DNA of 63,737 bases, counting the filler, from Welwitschia mirabilis (taxonomy: Eukaryota), in the NCBI GenBank assembly GCA_051453625.1. It is 6 parts of one record of this genome, joined end to end, with 100 filler letters (N's around TTAATTAATTAA, not from the genome) between each part and the next. Parts side by side here need not be neighbours in the genome. Positions count along the whole stretch, not along the records: positions 33,551 to 55,265 come from JBOZIK010000001.1; positions 55,366 to 59,092 come from JBOZIK010000001.1; positions 59,193 to 62,432 come from JBOZIK010000001.1; positions 62,533 to 63,737 come from JBOZIK010000001.1; 2 more parts are not named here. The stretch is one strand, 5' to 3'. A program made the position numbers and the translations under genes. Shown one piece after another: positions 53,301 to 63,737 of this stretch. Under the pieces are notes generated by a model, which saw only the letters and a list, made by a program, of their open reading frames with translations, did not search any database and was not told the DNA's origin. Each line of letters starts with the position of its first letter. The stretch's first letter is position 1.

Positions 53301-54069
53301 ACCATCCTTAAAGTAAGAAATCTTACTTTTACTTAGATCTTAAACTTTTACATAGTTAATAAACTCAGTCTTTTTACTTTCTAGATTAAAATAATCAATT
53401 TATAAATCGTCAAAATCAAGTTGATCTTCATCAACAGTTTTCAAGTTGTCTACTTTAAATTGATCATTAAACAAATTTAGCTCATTAAGCATTGACCATC
53501 TTTCTTCAAGTGGATAGTGTTGTAAAAATAAAATTGAGTTTACTTCTTCTTCCACATTTAAATCATTATCTGAATATTTTTTAGCAGCATCAAAAACTCT
53601 TATTAAAAACTTCTTATTTTCTAAATGGCACTCCATTAAACCTATTCTTGTATTTATAATACATTGACTATTGCACAAAAAGCGCTATCTAGAAGTAAAG
53701 GATAACCACCATTATGTTTAACTTCTATCACAACCACATCAATAGGGTAGAATGCTTTTTTAATTTAAATAACTAAATCTTTAATCATGCTTAAAGGCTT
53801 CTTAACAGATGTATCTATCAATTCTAAGATAATTCTTGTTGGCTCTATTCTATTTTTCAACCTAATTTGGTAATAAATGTATAAGGGAATAATGTTAAGA
53901 CTAGATCCAATATCAATTAAGGCTTTCTTTATTCTTTTATTTTCTTCTAAAGTCACACTAATAGTTACTACTCCCACATCTTTAAACTTTGAATATTTTT
54001 GTAAAACTAAGTTGTTAACAGATTAGGCTAGGAAGACTTTACTAGGAATGATTCATTTTTATTTTCTCC
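50390..54069 (-). pseudogene. pol of element C (PR, RT, RNase H, integrase)
   Basis: ALIDIGSSLNIIP; WRICIDFRKLN; FLDGYSGYNQV; FMDSFS (decayed catalytic motif); FELMCDTSN; MAIDYVIKWVEA; KVNGQWLKLY. Confidence 0.93.
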
Positions 54070-55265
54070 TGGTGTAATGCAATTTTATGCAATCTTGAAG
54101 TCCTTTAGGTAAATCTATAAATTATATAACTTATAAAAAGCACATACTAGTATAGATGGAAGTTTACTCGAATGTTGTAATTCCAACAAAGGCACTAGAC
54201 TCAGAGTTAGAGAATTGATTCCCAAAGTAGTTTGTGGTCTTTTATCTTTTACTAACTTAAAAGTAAATAATAAAGAAAATGCAATACAAGATGAGATGCA
54301 AGTAAATGGAATGGAAATGAAATGGATTCACTTAGTTCCTAATCCTTCTGTTATAAAGACTAGCTTCCAGCCTTTCTGTCATAAAGACTATCCTTTCTAT
54401 AATTCATATCAATCAAGAAGAGTATCTACCAATTCTTAATTAACATAAACTATGAGATCTACCAAGTAGAATATGCAATATGTAACATGAAATGAAATGA
54501 AAACGTAATGAAAACCTACTACTTACCAAGATCAACCTTAACAAAGGTGGCCCTCATGATCTAAATAAATCTAAGCTTGTCACTAACTAAGATAAACTTA
54601 AATCATAAGGGACATTCACAGAATTGGAATGAAAGAGTGTTTGTATTAATGAAAATAAATTTACATCCACTTACAACCAAATAATAGCACCTCAATGAAA
54701 AAGACACAGTCTAACACTAAGAAAACCCCTTTCTGCAGCTACTGGATGGACCTCCTGCCTTCAAGCTTCCATCATAAGCATATGAAGTATAACAGATGGT
54801 TTGAAAGTTNNNNNNNNNNNNNNNNNNNNNNNNNNNNNNNNNNNNNNNNNNNNNNNNNNNNNNNNNNNNNNNNNNNNNNNNNNNNNNNNNNNNNNNNNNN
54901 NNNNNNNNNNNNNNNNNNNNNNNNNNNNNNNNNNNNNNNNNNNNNNNNNNNNNNNNNNNNNNNNNNNNNNNNNNNNNNNNNNNNNNNNNNNNNNNNNNNN
55001 NNNNNNNNNNNNNNNNNNNNTTGTCAGTCATCCACGCGACAGAGGGGACGATGCCTTGGGTTATGTGATCATGTGCTACCATGAGTTCTGCAGCCTTCTT
55101 CGATGTAATTAAGATTGTCGTCCTGCATGTCATGGGGACAACCAAGGGCACAACACCACTAATACATCTTGTGCATGTGCTGTCCAAGTATTTTCCATGT
55201 GTTGTTCCTGTGTAGCCATCATAATAAATTGTCATCCCGACTCTCATGGGGACGACACTCTTCCC
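54070..55265 (-). repeat. LTR of element-A type inserted into gag-pol of element C
   Basis: rc matches 12180-13339 (ttagttagtgacaagctt.gatttatttagatca..) and ends ..gcattacaCCA at 54070. The gag-pol reading (RRK*K*IIPSKVFLA) resumes directly, with no PBS. Confidence 0.82.
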
Positions 55266-55365
55266 NNNNNNNNNNNNNNNNNNNNNNNNNNNNNNNNNNN
55301 NNNNNNNNNTTAATTAATTAANNNNNNNNNNNNNNNNNNNNNNNNNNNNNNNNNNNNNNNNNNNN

Positions 55366-58300
55366 AAATATAATCATGTAAAAATTAAGGAGTATTGTAA
55401 TAATGATTTATTCTAATAAAAAAAATGGATCAGAAATATGTAACATTGAAATATATATGTATCCTACCCTCACTTAAAATGTACAATATGTTCCAAATTT
55501 CCTAAACTAATAAAAAGTTAAAAAATACTGGAATGAAAAGCTACTAAACTAGGAAAGTCCTAAGGAAGGAAGAAAATGGAAAAATGACTAGAAAATATTA
55601 AACATGAAAATAGAATAAAAGCAGAGGAGAAATAGACACAAGAAACAAGAATAAGAGTGTTTACCTAATCTAAGTACTAACGTAGCAAATGCCAAAGGAA
55701 AACATCATAACAGTACCTAAGGAAAGATGCATAATAAAATGTATTTACTCAATAAAGTTCATTCAAAAGGGAAGTGGTTATGACGATATCCAAAGTTTCA
55801 AGTGTGTAAAACAATGAAGGTCAAAACCAGAAGTTAGTTAGAAATGGACTTATCTAGTTCTATCTACAAATTTACCGAAATCTCCAAAAGTGAAATGATC
55901 AAGTGGGAATACTAAGTTGTAATTCTTTTGCCATGATGAGGGGAGCGCAACCACTATCAGAGGAGTAAGGACTCGTGAAGCATGGCCAACTGACCCCCCA
56001 GTGGAGTTCCCACAGCTACTATATTACATTGCCAAAGGCTCCTCTTGGAAATATTTGCCCCAGTGTACTTGCGGTATGACATCATGCTTTTTCACTTTTC
56101 TTTCTTTCTTTTTTCCTTTTTTTTTCCAAACATAAAAGATAATTTCCACAAAATCACAAACTTAAGAAGACTAAGGTAAATAAGTAAAGTAAAAGATATA
56201 AAAGAACACTCCTTGATAACTTAAGATTTAGCCACCATTAAAAAAAAAAACAACATAAGAAACAAGGTATCTTCCTATAAATACAATCCATAGACAAGGG
56301 AATGTCTCAAGATTAGGTGAATCCAATCTTACCACTTATAAATGCCCAAGTATAAACTAATCATGATACTTTATNNNNNNNNNNNNNNNNNNNNNNNNNN
56401 NNNNNNNNNNNNNNNNNNNNNNNNNNNNNNNNNNNNNNNNNNNNNNNNNNNNNNNNNNNNNNNNNNNNNNNNNNNNNNNNNNNNNNNNNNNNNNNNNNNN
56501 NNNNNNNNNNNNNNNNNNNNNNNNNNNNNNNNNNNNNNNNNNNNNNNNNNNNNNNNNNNNNNNNNNNNNNNNNNNNNNNNNNNNNNNNNNNNNNNNNNNN
56601 NNNNNNNNNNNNNNNNNNNNNNNNNNNNNNNNNNNNNNNNNNNNNNNNNNNNNNNNNNNNNNNNNNNNNNNNNNNNNNNNNNNNNNNNNNNNNNNNNNNN
56701 NNNNNNNNNNNNNNNNNNNNNNNNNNNNNNNNNNNNNNNNNNNNNNNNNNNNNNNNNNNNNNNNNNNNNNNNNNNNNNNNNNNNNNNNNNNNNNNNNNNN
56801 NNNNNNNNNNNNNNNNNNNNNNNNNNNNNNNNNNNNNNNNNNNNNNNNNNNNNNNNNNNNNNNNNNNNNNNNNNNNNNNNNNNNNNNNNNNNNNNNNNNN
56901 NNNNNNNNNNTTAGGTAAAGTCGTAATATTTAACTAAGGAAGTAGGCTAAGAAAGAACTTAGGTAGGAAACAAATGCTTTTACTATGTTCGCAGTTATGT
57001 CTAAAATTCCTTATGTCATTTTAATCGTTTTCTATGTGTGCACACCATTTTCCATCCATTATTTTTATAATTTGTTCTTTTACAATTTTCTTTAGGTTTG
57101 GATGGTTTTGTAAAGATAGGCTAGGTTTTATATCATCCTTCAATCCTAAACAATTTCTTAACTCTTTTTCAGTTGCATCAAAGACTTATATTAAAAATCA
57201 TTTGTTTTTGAAATGACATTTTATTAATCTAGTTCTAGTGTCTATGATGCAATGAGTGGTTGCACAGAAAGCTCTATCTAGAAGTAGGGATATCCATTTT
57301 GATGCTTAACTTCTAAAACAACTACATCTATGGGGTAGAAATCTTCCTCGATCTGAATGACCAAGTCCTTTATCACACCTAAGGATTTCGTGACAGATGA
57401 ATTAACTAACTCTAAGATAATTTCTATAGGTTCTATTTTCTTTTTTAATCATAAACATTTACAAATGTACAAGGGCATGATGTTAACACTAGCTCCTATA
57501 TCTATCAAGGATTTCTTACTTTTTCAGTTTTCCTCTAATGTGATACTAATAGTTGCTACCCCCAGATCTTTAAATTTTGGACACTTCTCAAAAACTAAAT
57601 TGCTAATAGATTGAGCTAGGAATATTTTACTAGGGATAGTTCATTTTTGTTTTCTTCTTATTAGCTCTTTTCATAGCTTAGAGTATTTGGGATTTTCTTG
57701 CAAAAGTTTCCAAAAAGGTGAATTAATGCTTACGTTCTGAATTAAGGCTTTCAAGTGATCATTAAAAACAAGGTTTTCATTAAGCCTATTAAGCCACAGG
57801 GTAGTAGGTTTCTTTTGTGAGGACTTTTTCTTTTTATTTCTAAGTGAAGAAGGGAAGGAATGATTNNNNNNNNNNNNNNNNNNNNNNNNNNNNNNNNNNN
57901 NNNNNNNNNNNNNNNNNNNNNNNNNNNNNNNNNNNNNNNNNNNNNNNNNNNNNNNNNNNNNNNNNNNNNNNNNNNNNNNNNNNNNNNNNNNAGGGTTTGA
58001 TAAAGGTTGAGTGGCAAGGGTCCCTTGTGGTCTTTGATTGGCAATCATGGTTTATTTGTAAAATGTTCATAATATTTTCTATGTTTACATTTGTCTTCTT
58101 TTAGATTTTTCTCAACTTCTCGATAGAATTCCTAAGAGGATCACTATAGTTTTGGGAATTGGAAGGGCTTGCCATGTTATTTTGATAGTTGCATTGAAAG
58201 TTTTGATGTTCAAATATATTTTAATAAGGTTGGGAGTAAGGGTAATATGTTCGAAAATTGTTAGGTTGTTCATTTCTCCAATGTTAAAAATTATGATTAG

Positions 58301-59092
58301 AAACTTGTCTTTGGTTATAACTTTGAGTGTAGTTGGAGTGTCCTTGGTTCAAAGCACGAACTTCTTCATAAATTTTCTCTTTGCATGTAGGAAGTAAATG
58401 ATACTCTTTCATGACGTGATAATTATCCTCATATAAATCACAAGTTGGANNNNNNNNNNNNNNNNNNNNNNNNNNNNNNNNNNNNNNNNNNNNNNNNNNN
58501 NNNNNNNNNNNNNNNNNNNNNNNNNNNNNNNNNNNNNNNNNNNNNNNNNNNNNNNNNNNNNNNNNNNNNNNNNNNNNNNNNNNNNNNNNNNNNNNNNNNN
58601 NNNNNNNNNNNNNNNNNNNNNTATTTTCTCTAGATGAGGGTTTTGACTAAGTTTGACTTACTTCAACTAAATCCTCTAATATCTTCCAAGCATCTTCTAA
58701 AGTTTGGTTTAAGAGGTTGTCTCTATAAGAGAAATCTACAAGTTTCTTAGTATGACTATTTAATCCACTATAGAAATAGTCTATTAATTCCACCTCAAAA
58801 AAGGCATCTACTGGGTTTGAGTGTAAAGCCACAAAGAATCTCTCGTAAGCAGAGGCATAGTCTGCATTAGGTAGTTATTAGAAGTTTGTAACTTTTTTCT
58901 TACATTTCCGGATGGTGGTTTCATTCATAAATATTTTCATAAAGGCTTCTTGAACTTGGCTCCAAGATTTTAGATTCTTATGAGGCATTGTTGTAAGCCA
59001 AATTTTAGCCTTACCTCATAATGTGATGGGAAAAATAACCATATAGGTTCTATCAGTTATGCACTTTTTACCATTTCCTGAAGTAAGAATGA
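55366..59092 (-). mobile_element. Athila-like element D internal region (gag, PR, 3' non-coding); probably lacks RT-RH-INT
   Basis: gag ELIDYFYSGLNSHTKKLVD, QRPQGTLATQPLSNP; PR SLIDIGASVNIMP. Only a 536-N gap separates the PR tail from the post-integrase region. Confidence 0.78.
55931..56090 (-). other. Conserved GC-rich post-integrase block (copy 4, best preserved)
   Basis: rc aaagcatgatgtcataccgcaagtacactggggcaaatatttccaagaggagcc...ctcctctgatagtggttgcgctcccctcatcatgg. Confidence 0.75.
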
Positions 59093-59192
59093 NNNNNNNN
59101 NNNNNNNNNNNNNNNNNNNNNNNNNNNNNNNNNNNNTTAATTAATTAANNNNNNNNNNNNNNNNNNNNNNNNNNNNNNNNNNNNNNNNNNNN

Positions 59193-62100
59193 CTCAGATA
59201 ATGGACATAAGGGTAATCATATCTCTACTTCATTAGAAGTTAAAATTTATTGAATCCAAAATTTCAGTGCCATTAGAATGATACCACACCATGGTAAATG
59301 TGAAAGATTCATCCATGTAATATTTGTCACTATCACTTATACCCTAGAAGATGACTATGCCTTTCTTATACTTTGAACATGGTCTAGTAAACCCTCATAA
59401 GATGAAGGTCTCACCAATTCTTAAAACTTAGATATTAGATGTGAAATGGATTCAATTTGTTTTAAACAACTTTTCANNNNNNNNNNNNNNNNNNNNNNNN
59501 NNNNNNNNNNNNNNNNNNNNNNNNNNNNNNNNNNNNNNNNNNNNNNNNNNNNNNNNNNNNNNNNNNNNNNNNNNNNNNNNNNNNNNNNNNNNNNNNNNNN
59601 NNNNNNNNNNNNNNNNNNNNNNNNNNNNNNNNNNNNNNNNNNNNNNNNNNNNNNNNNNNNNNNNNNNNNNNNNNNNNNNNNNNNNNNNNNNNNNNNNNNN
59701 NNNNNNNNNNNNNNNNNNNNNNNNNNNNNNNNNNNNNNNNNNNNNNNNNNNNNNNNNNNNNNNNNNNNNNNNNNNNNNNNNNNNNNNNNNNNNNNNNNNN
59801 NNNNNNNNNNNNNNNNNNNNNNNNNNNNNNNNNNNNNNNNNNNNNNNTATTTTAAAACTTTTTAAAAACCTTTCTTAAAGAAAAGCAAAGAAAGAAAGAA
59901 AGAAAGAGAGTTAAAAATCTCTTCTAAATAGTTCATGCTTTTACATTCATCCTTTTTAGTCAAAGTAGCTTATGATATTTTTTAGAGTTTTCTTTTAGTT
60001 TAATCCTTATTAGTAAATCTTATGTCAATCTGTTGGCTTATAGAACATCATCATGAGAAGCTGATTAAGCATATCCCTACATTTCACTCTTGATGATTAG
60101 CTTATCAAAAGATATGTTGATCTCAACCTTGTCGATTTTAATTATAGTGATCTCTTAAGAAAACATTGTATCTTTTAAATTAAGAGAAAATTAGTAAAAA
60201 TGTTAAAGCATATAAAATGATGAAGTAAGATAAGTTGAAGTTACCTTTGGAAAAACGACAAGATTTTGCAACATATCATTTTCTAGTGGACCCTACCAAT
60301 TAAAAGAAATCTCTTAAGCTCCATGAACATCTACTGTAATAGACTAAATATGAGCTAAAAAATGTGTTGTCTTCCAATAAGGACACCTTCACTAGTATTA
60401 TAGATATATGCTCAGTCTCAACAAATTGATATTCATGCATAACGTCATCCTAAAGTTGAACTCGATTCTAATGAGATATAAGATTAGAAACCTTAAACCT
60501 CATCTTGAATTAATGGTGAAATAAGACCTATAGTGTCTTTTGACTACTAGTTCACTCAACTAGTAGACTATTCAGATTAGCTATCAAACATCATGGTTGT
60601 TCCAAAGATAAATGGTTAAATCAAGATTTGTATCAATTACTATGATCTCAGCAAGGTTACCCTGAGCAATGATTATCAAACATCAACATCCTAGTAGACA
60701 ACACTGCTTATTATGACCTCTTATCATTCATGAATGGTTACTCAAGTTATAAATAAATATTCATTAATTTTGTAGATCAATACAAAATGCCTTTTATAAC
60801 ATCATGGAATCTATTTTATTACATCATGATGCCTTTTAAATTAAATGATATTGGTGTAACATACCAGCATGTAATGATGCATATCTTTCATAACATAATT
60901 TTTTAAATGAGAGGACTCTGAAGACAATGTTATGGTTAAGTTAAAGATAATAATTAATCATACTAATGGCTTAATTCATCTCTTCATGTAAGCAAGGCAA
61001 TGCAATCTAGACCTAAGAAATATGTGTTTGACGCATCATTAGAAAAACTCCTAGGCTTTATGGTATTGAAAAGAGGTATAGAATTCAATCCAAATAAGAC
61101 CAAGATAGTCACTGATATACCACCATTATGAAATCTAAAATAATTGTGGAGTCTATAAAGTAGGCTGTAAGTAATTTGTTAGTTTATCTCAACCTTGATA
61201 AATTAATGTAAGTCATCCATGCACTTGCTCAAGAAAGACAGTGAGTTCAAATAAGACGAGAATTACTAAAAGGATTTTGACAAGATCAAAGAGTATACCC
61301 CTATTCTGAGTCTACCTAGGCTAGATTAGCTATTTGTATTTANNNNNNNNNNNNNNNNNNNNNNNNNNNNNNNNNNNNNNNNNNNNNNNNNNNNNNNNNN
61401 NNNNNNNNNNNNNNNNNNNNNNNNNNNNNNNNNNNNNNNNNNNNNNNNNNNNNNNNNNNNNNNNNNNNNNNNNNNNNNNNNNNNNNNNNNNNNNNNNNNN
61501 NNNNNNNNNNNNNNNNNNNNNNNNNNNNNNNNNNNNNNNNNNNNNNNNNNNNNNNNNNNNNNNNNNNNNNNNNNNNNNNNNNNNNNNNNNNNNNNNNNNN
61601 NNNNNNNNNNNNNNNNNNNNNNNNNNNNNNNNNNNNNNNNNNNNNNNNNNNNNNNNNNNNNNNNNNNNNNNNNNNNNNNNNNNNNNNNNNNNNNNNNNNN
61701 NNNNNNNNNNNNNNNNNNNNNNNNNNNNNNNNNNNNNNNNNNNNNNNNNNNNNNNNNNNNNNNNNNNNNNNNNNNNNNNNNNNNNNNNNNNNNNNNNNNN
61801 NNNNNNNNNNNNNNNNNNNNNNNNNNNNNNNNNNNNNNNNNNNNNNNNNNNNNNNNNNNNNNNNNNNNNNNNNNNNNNNNNNNNNNNNNNNNNNNNNNNN
61901 NNNNNNNNNNNNNNNNNNNNNNNNNNNNNNNNNNNNNNNNNNNNNNNNNNNNNNNNNNNNNNGTTTTAAGAAATTATGCATTTTTAGTTACTCACAACTA
62001 GTCATTAATCAAGTCTTAGGCAAGTATGAAGCTCAGTCACAAATTCTAAGTGCATATCTAGAAAAAGTAAAGATGATTCTTACATTATTTAAATCATGTA

Positions 62101-62432
62101 AAATTCTATTCATCCCTAGACATGAAAATCAATTTGTAGACTATCTTGTAAACCTCATGTAAGAATGCTTTAGAGATCCATCTCTTAAGAATACGTCATA
62201 TGCATAGATGACAGTTAAAACTTTTAGATGAACACTTGATGGTAACTTATCTAGAGATATTTTAAGAGGAGGTAAGTTGATTAATAAAAGGTCCCAAAGT
62301 AAAGGAAAACTTGTATGACATTAAAGTAAGTTACTATGTTGATCAAAGGCTATCAAAAAATATCTCATTACTATAGATGTAAAACTTTAGGGATCAAGTC
62401 ATGTGCTTCATTCTAATTCAAGATTAATTATA
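59193..62432 (+). pseudogene. Tat/Ogre-type Ty3/Gypsy pol remnant (PR end, RT, additional archaeal-type RNase H)
   Basis: RT LSNIMVVPKING*IKICINYYDL, NINILVDNTAYYDLLSFMNGYSSY, YIMMPFKL, KLLGFMV. aRH SQLVINQVLGKYEA..AYLEKVK..FIPRHENQFVDYL at 61965-62160. Confidence 0.88.
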
Positions 62433-62532
62433 NNNNNNNNNNNNNNNNNNNNNNNNNNNNNNNNNNNNNNNNNNNNTTAATTAATTAANNNNNNNNNNNN
62501 NNNNNNNNNNNNNNNNNNNNNNNNNNNNNNNN

Positions 62533-63737
62533 ATGAAATTAATATCCCAATAATCAAAAGGCTCAAACTGAATAATATATCTAAGGGGCATTTCCTATAA
62601 ACGAACAAGGCTACTGTAATGTTGACAAGGATCATACCTTCTAACAAAATCAAATGAATCAGAAAAATAGAAGGCTAGTAAAAACCAGAATGAAGGATTT
62701 TAATGGCATTTTTATATCCACTAAAATGTCCTTTATAAACATTACTATGATAAAGATGAAGAATCTTAGGTTTTTTCCAATTGGGCATACATTTTGTCAT
62801 GATTTGATCTTTGCACCTACAGTACAAATATGGCTCAATCTACTCATAGTCACCTATCCGATAGAAAACAGATTTACATAGGTTATAGGTCTAATATTGT
62901 GGTGTTTTCATGGTTACAAAATAGTTTATAATGTCGGCATACCATGAAGGAGGATTAGAAGAAGAGATAGTGAAAAGCTTCTCATCAGGAAAAGAATCAT
63001 TAATGATAATATCATCTAGAGGAGAAGGAAGTTGAGACAAATGATTAGCAATAGAATTATGCTTCCCTATTTTATTTATAATGGTTAAGTTAAACTCTTA
63101 CATAAGAAGAATCCATCTAATCAAATAGGTACTAGAATCTTTCTTGATCATAAGGTAACAAATGGAGGTATAGTCAGTATAAACATTCATGTAAAAGCCT
63201 AAAAGATAATATTTAAGAGAATTAAGGCAAAAACTATAATAGCTAGCATCTACTTCTCTATAGTGGTGTGGTTCATTTGAGCTCTATAAAAAGATTTTTT
63301 ATGATAAGATATAATTTTAAAATCATTCTCATACTTTTGACAAATAACCCCACCTATGACAAAGTCACTCGCATCACACATAATCTCAAAATTAAGTGTC
63401 CAATTGAGTCCTATCACTATAAGAGCATAAAATAATTTATGTTTCAGCCTATCAAAATCAAGTTGAGAAGATTCATCCCATTTGAATTTTACATCATTCT
63501 CTAGTAATAAGTGAAGGGGTTTATAAATAGAAGCATAATCATGAATGAAGTGACAGTAAAAACTATAATGACCAAGAAAAAAGTGGATCTATTTGATATT
63601 TCTTGGGGGACTAAGATTTTGAATAATACCAACTTTAGAAGCATCCATCCTAATCCCTTCCTTAGGAATATGATGACCTAAAACAATGTCACTCTCTATA
63701 AGAACAAAACTCTTTTCCTAACTCAAGTGAAGGCCAC
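62533..63737 (-). pseudogene. Athila-like pol fragment (RT end, RNase H, integrase N-terminus), element E
   Basis: rc GLHLS*EKSF..VLGHHIP, FEIMCDASDFVIGGVICQ, PPSWYADIINYFVT, CQHYS. Collinear with 51225-52445. Confidence 0.92.

Larger units (their letters stand above)
45255..54069 (-). mobile_element. Athila-like element C (PR-RT-RH-INT + env-like ORF + 3' LTR), 5' part cut by nested LTR
   Basis: pol at 54069-50390, ~4 kb 3' region with an extra ORF, PPT at rc 46364-46376, LTR at 46363-45255. Confidence 0.88.

Noticed and set aside
55931-55995. Hammerhead ribozyme or C/D snoRNA reading of the conserved block (ATGATGA ... CTGA on the antisense strand)
   Set aside because: No CUGAUGA/GAAA core with three stems. 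The boxes lie antisense to the element and there is no recognisable guide sequence.
12824-61981. Long ORFs composed mainly of X
   Set aside because: Artefacts of translation through N gaps.

Overview
AT-rich, gap-riddled plant (angiosperm-type) repeat region with no intact host gene. It is a nest of decayed LTR retrotransposons. (1) A Sirevirus-like Ty1/Copia 5' part (1-4070, minus). (2) At least five copies or fragments of one Athila-like Ty3/Gypsy clan: a full gag-pol copy at 11951-23040; a gag-protease-only, TR-GAG-like copy with both LTRs and a plausible TSD at 35225-43549; an env-like-ORF-bearing copy at 45255-54069 interrupted by a nested LTR; a second probable gag-PR-only copy at 55366-59092; and a pol fragment at 62533-63737. 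(3) A Copia RNase H plus LTR remnant (26179-27204). (4) A Tat/Ogre pol with an additional archaeal-type RNase H (59193-62432). There is also an intronless, decayed Pif1 helicase that does not look like the canonical plant Helitron type (about 28920-30300). All coding regions are pseudogenised, mostly by C>T/G>A changes. Five N44-TTAATTAATTAA-N44 spacers are artificial contig joins, so adjacency across them is not biological. The most interesting signals are: a ~155-nt GC-rich block with nested base-pairing potential conserved in the post-integrase region of four Athila-like copies, including pol-less ones; a conserved hairpin upstream of it; a dispersed GTCGTCC/GGACGAC palindromic motif system; and the Pif1 locus with downstream tandem repeats and a second decayed ORF. 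All alignments and folds were done by eye.
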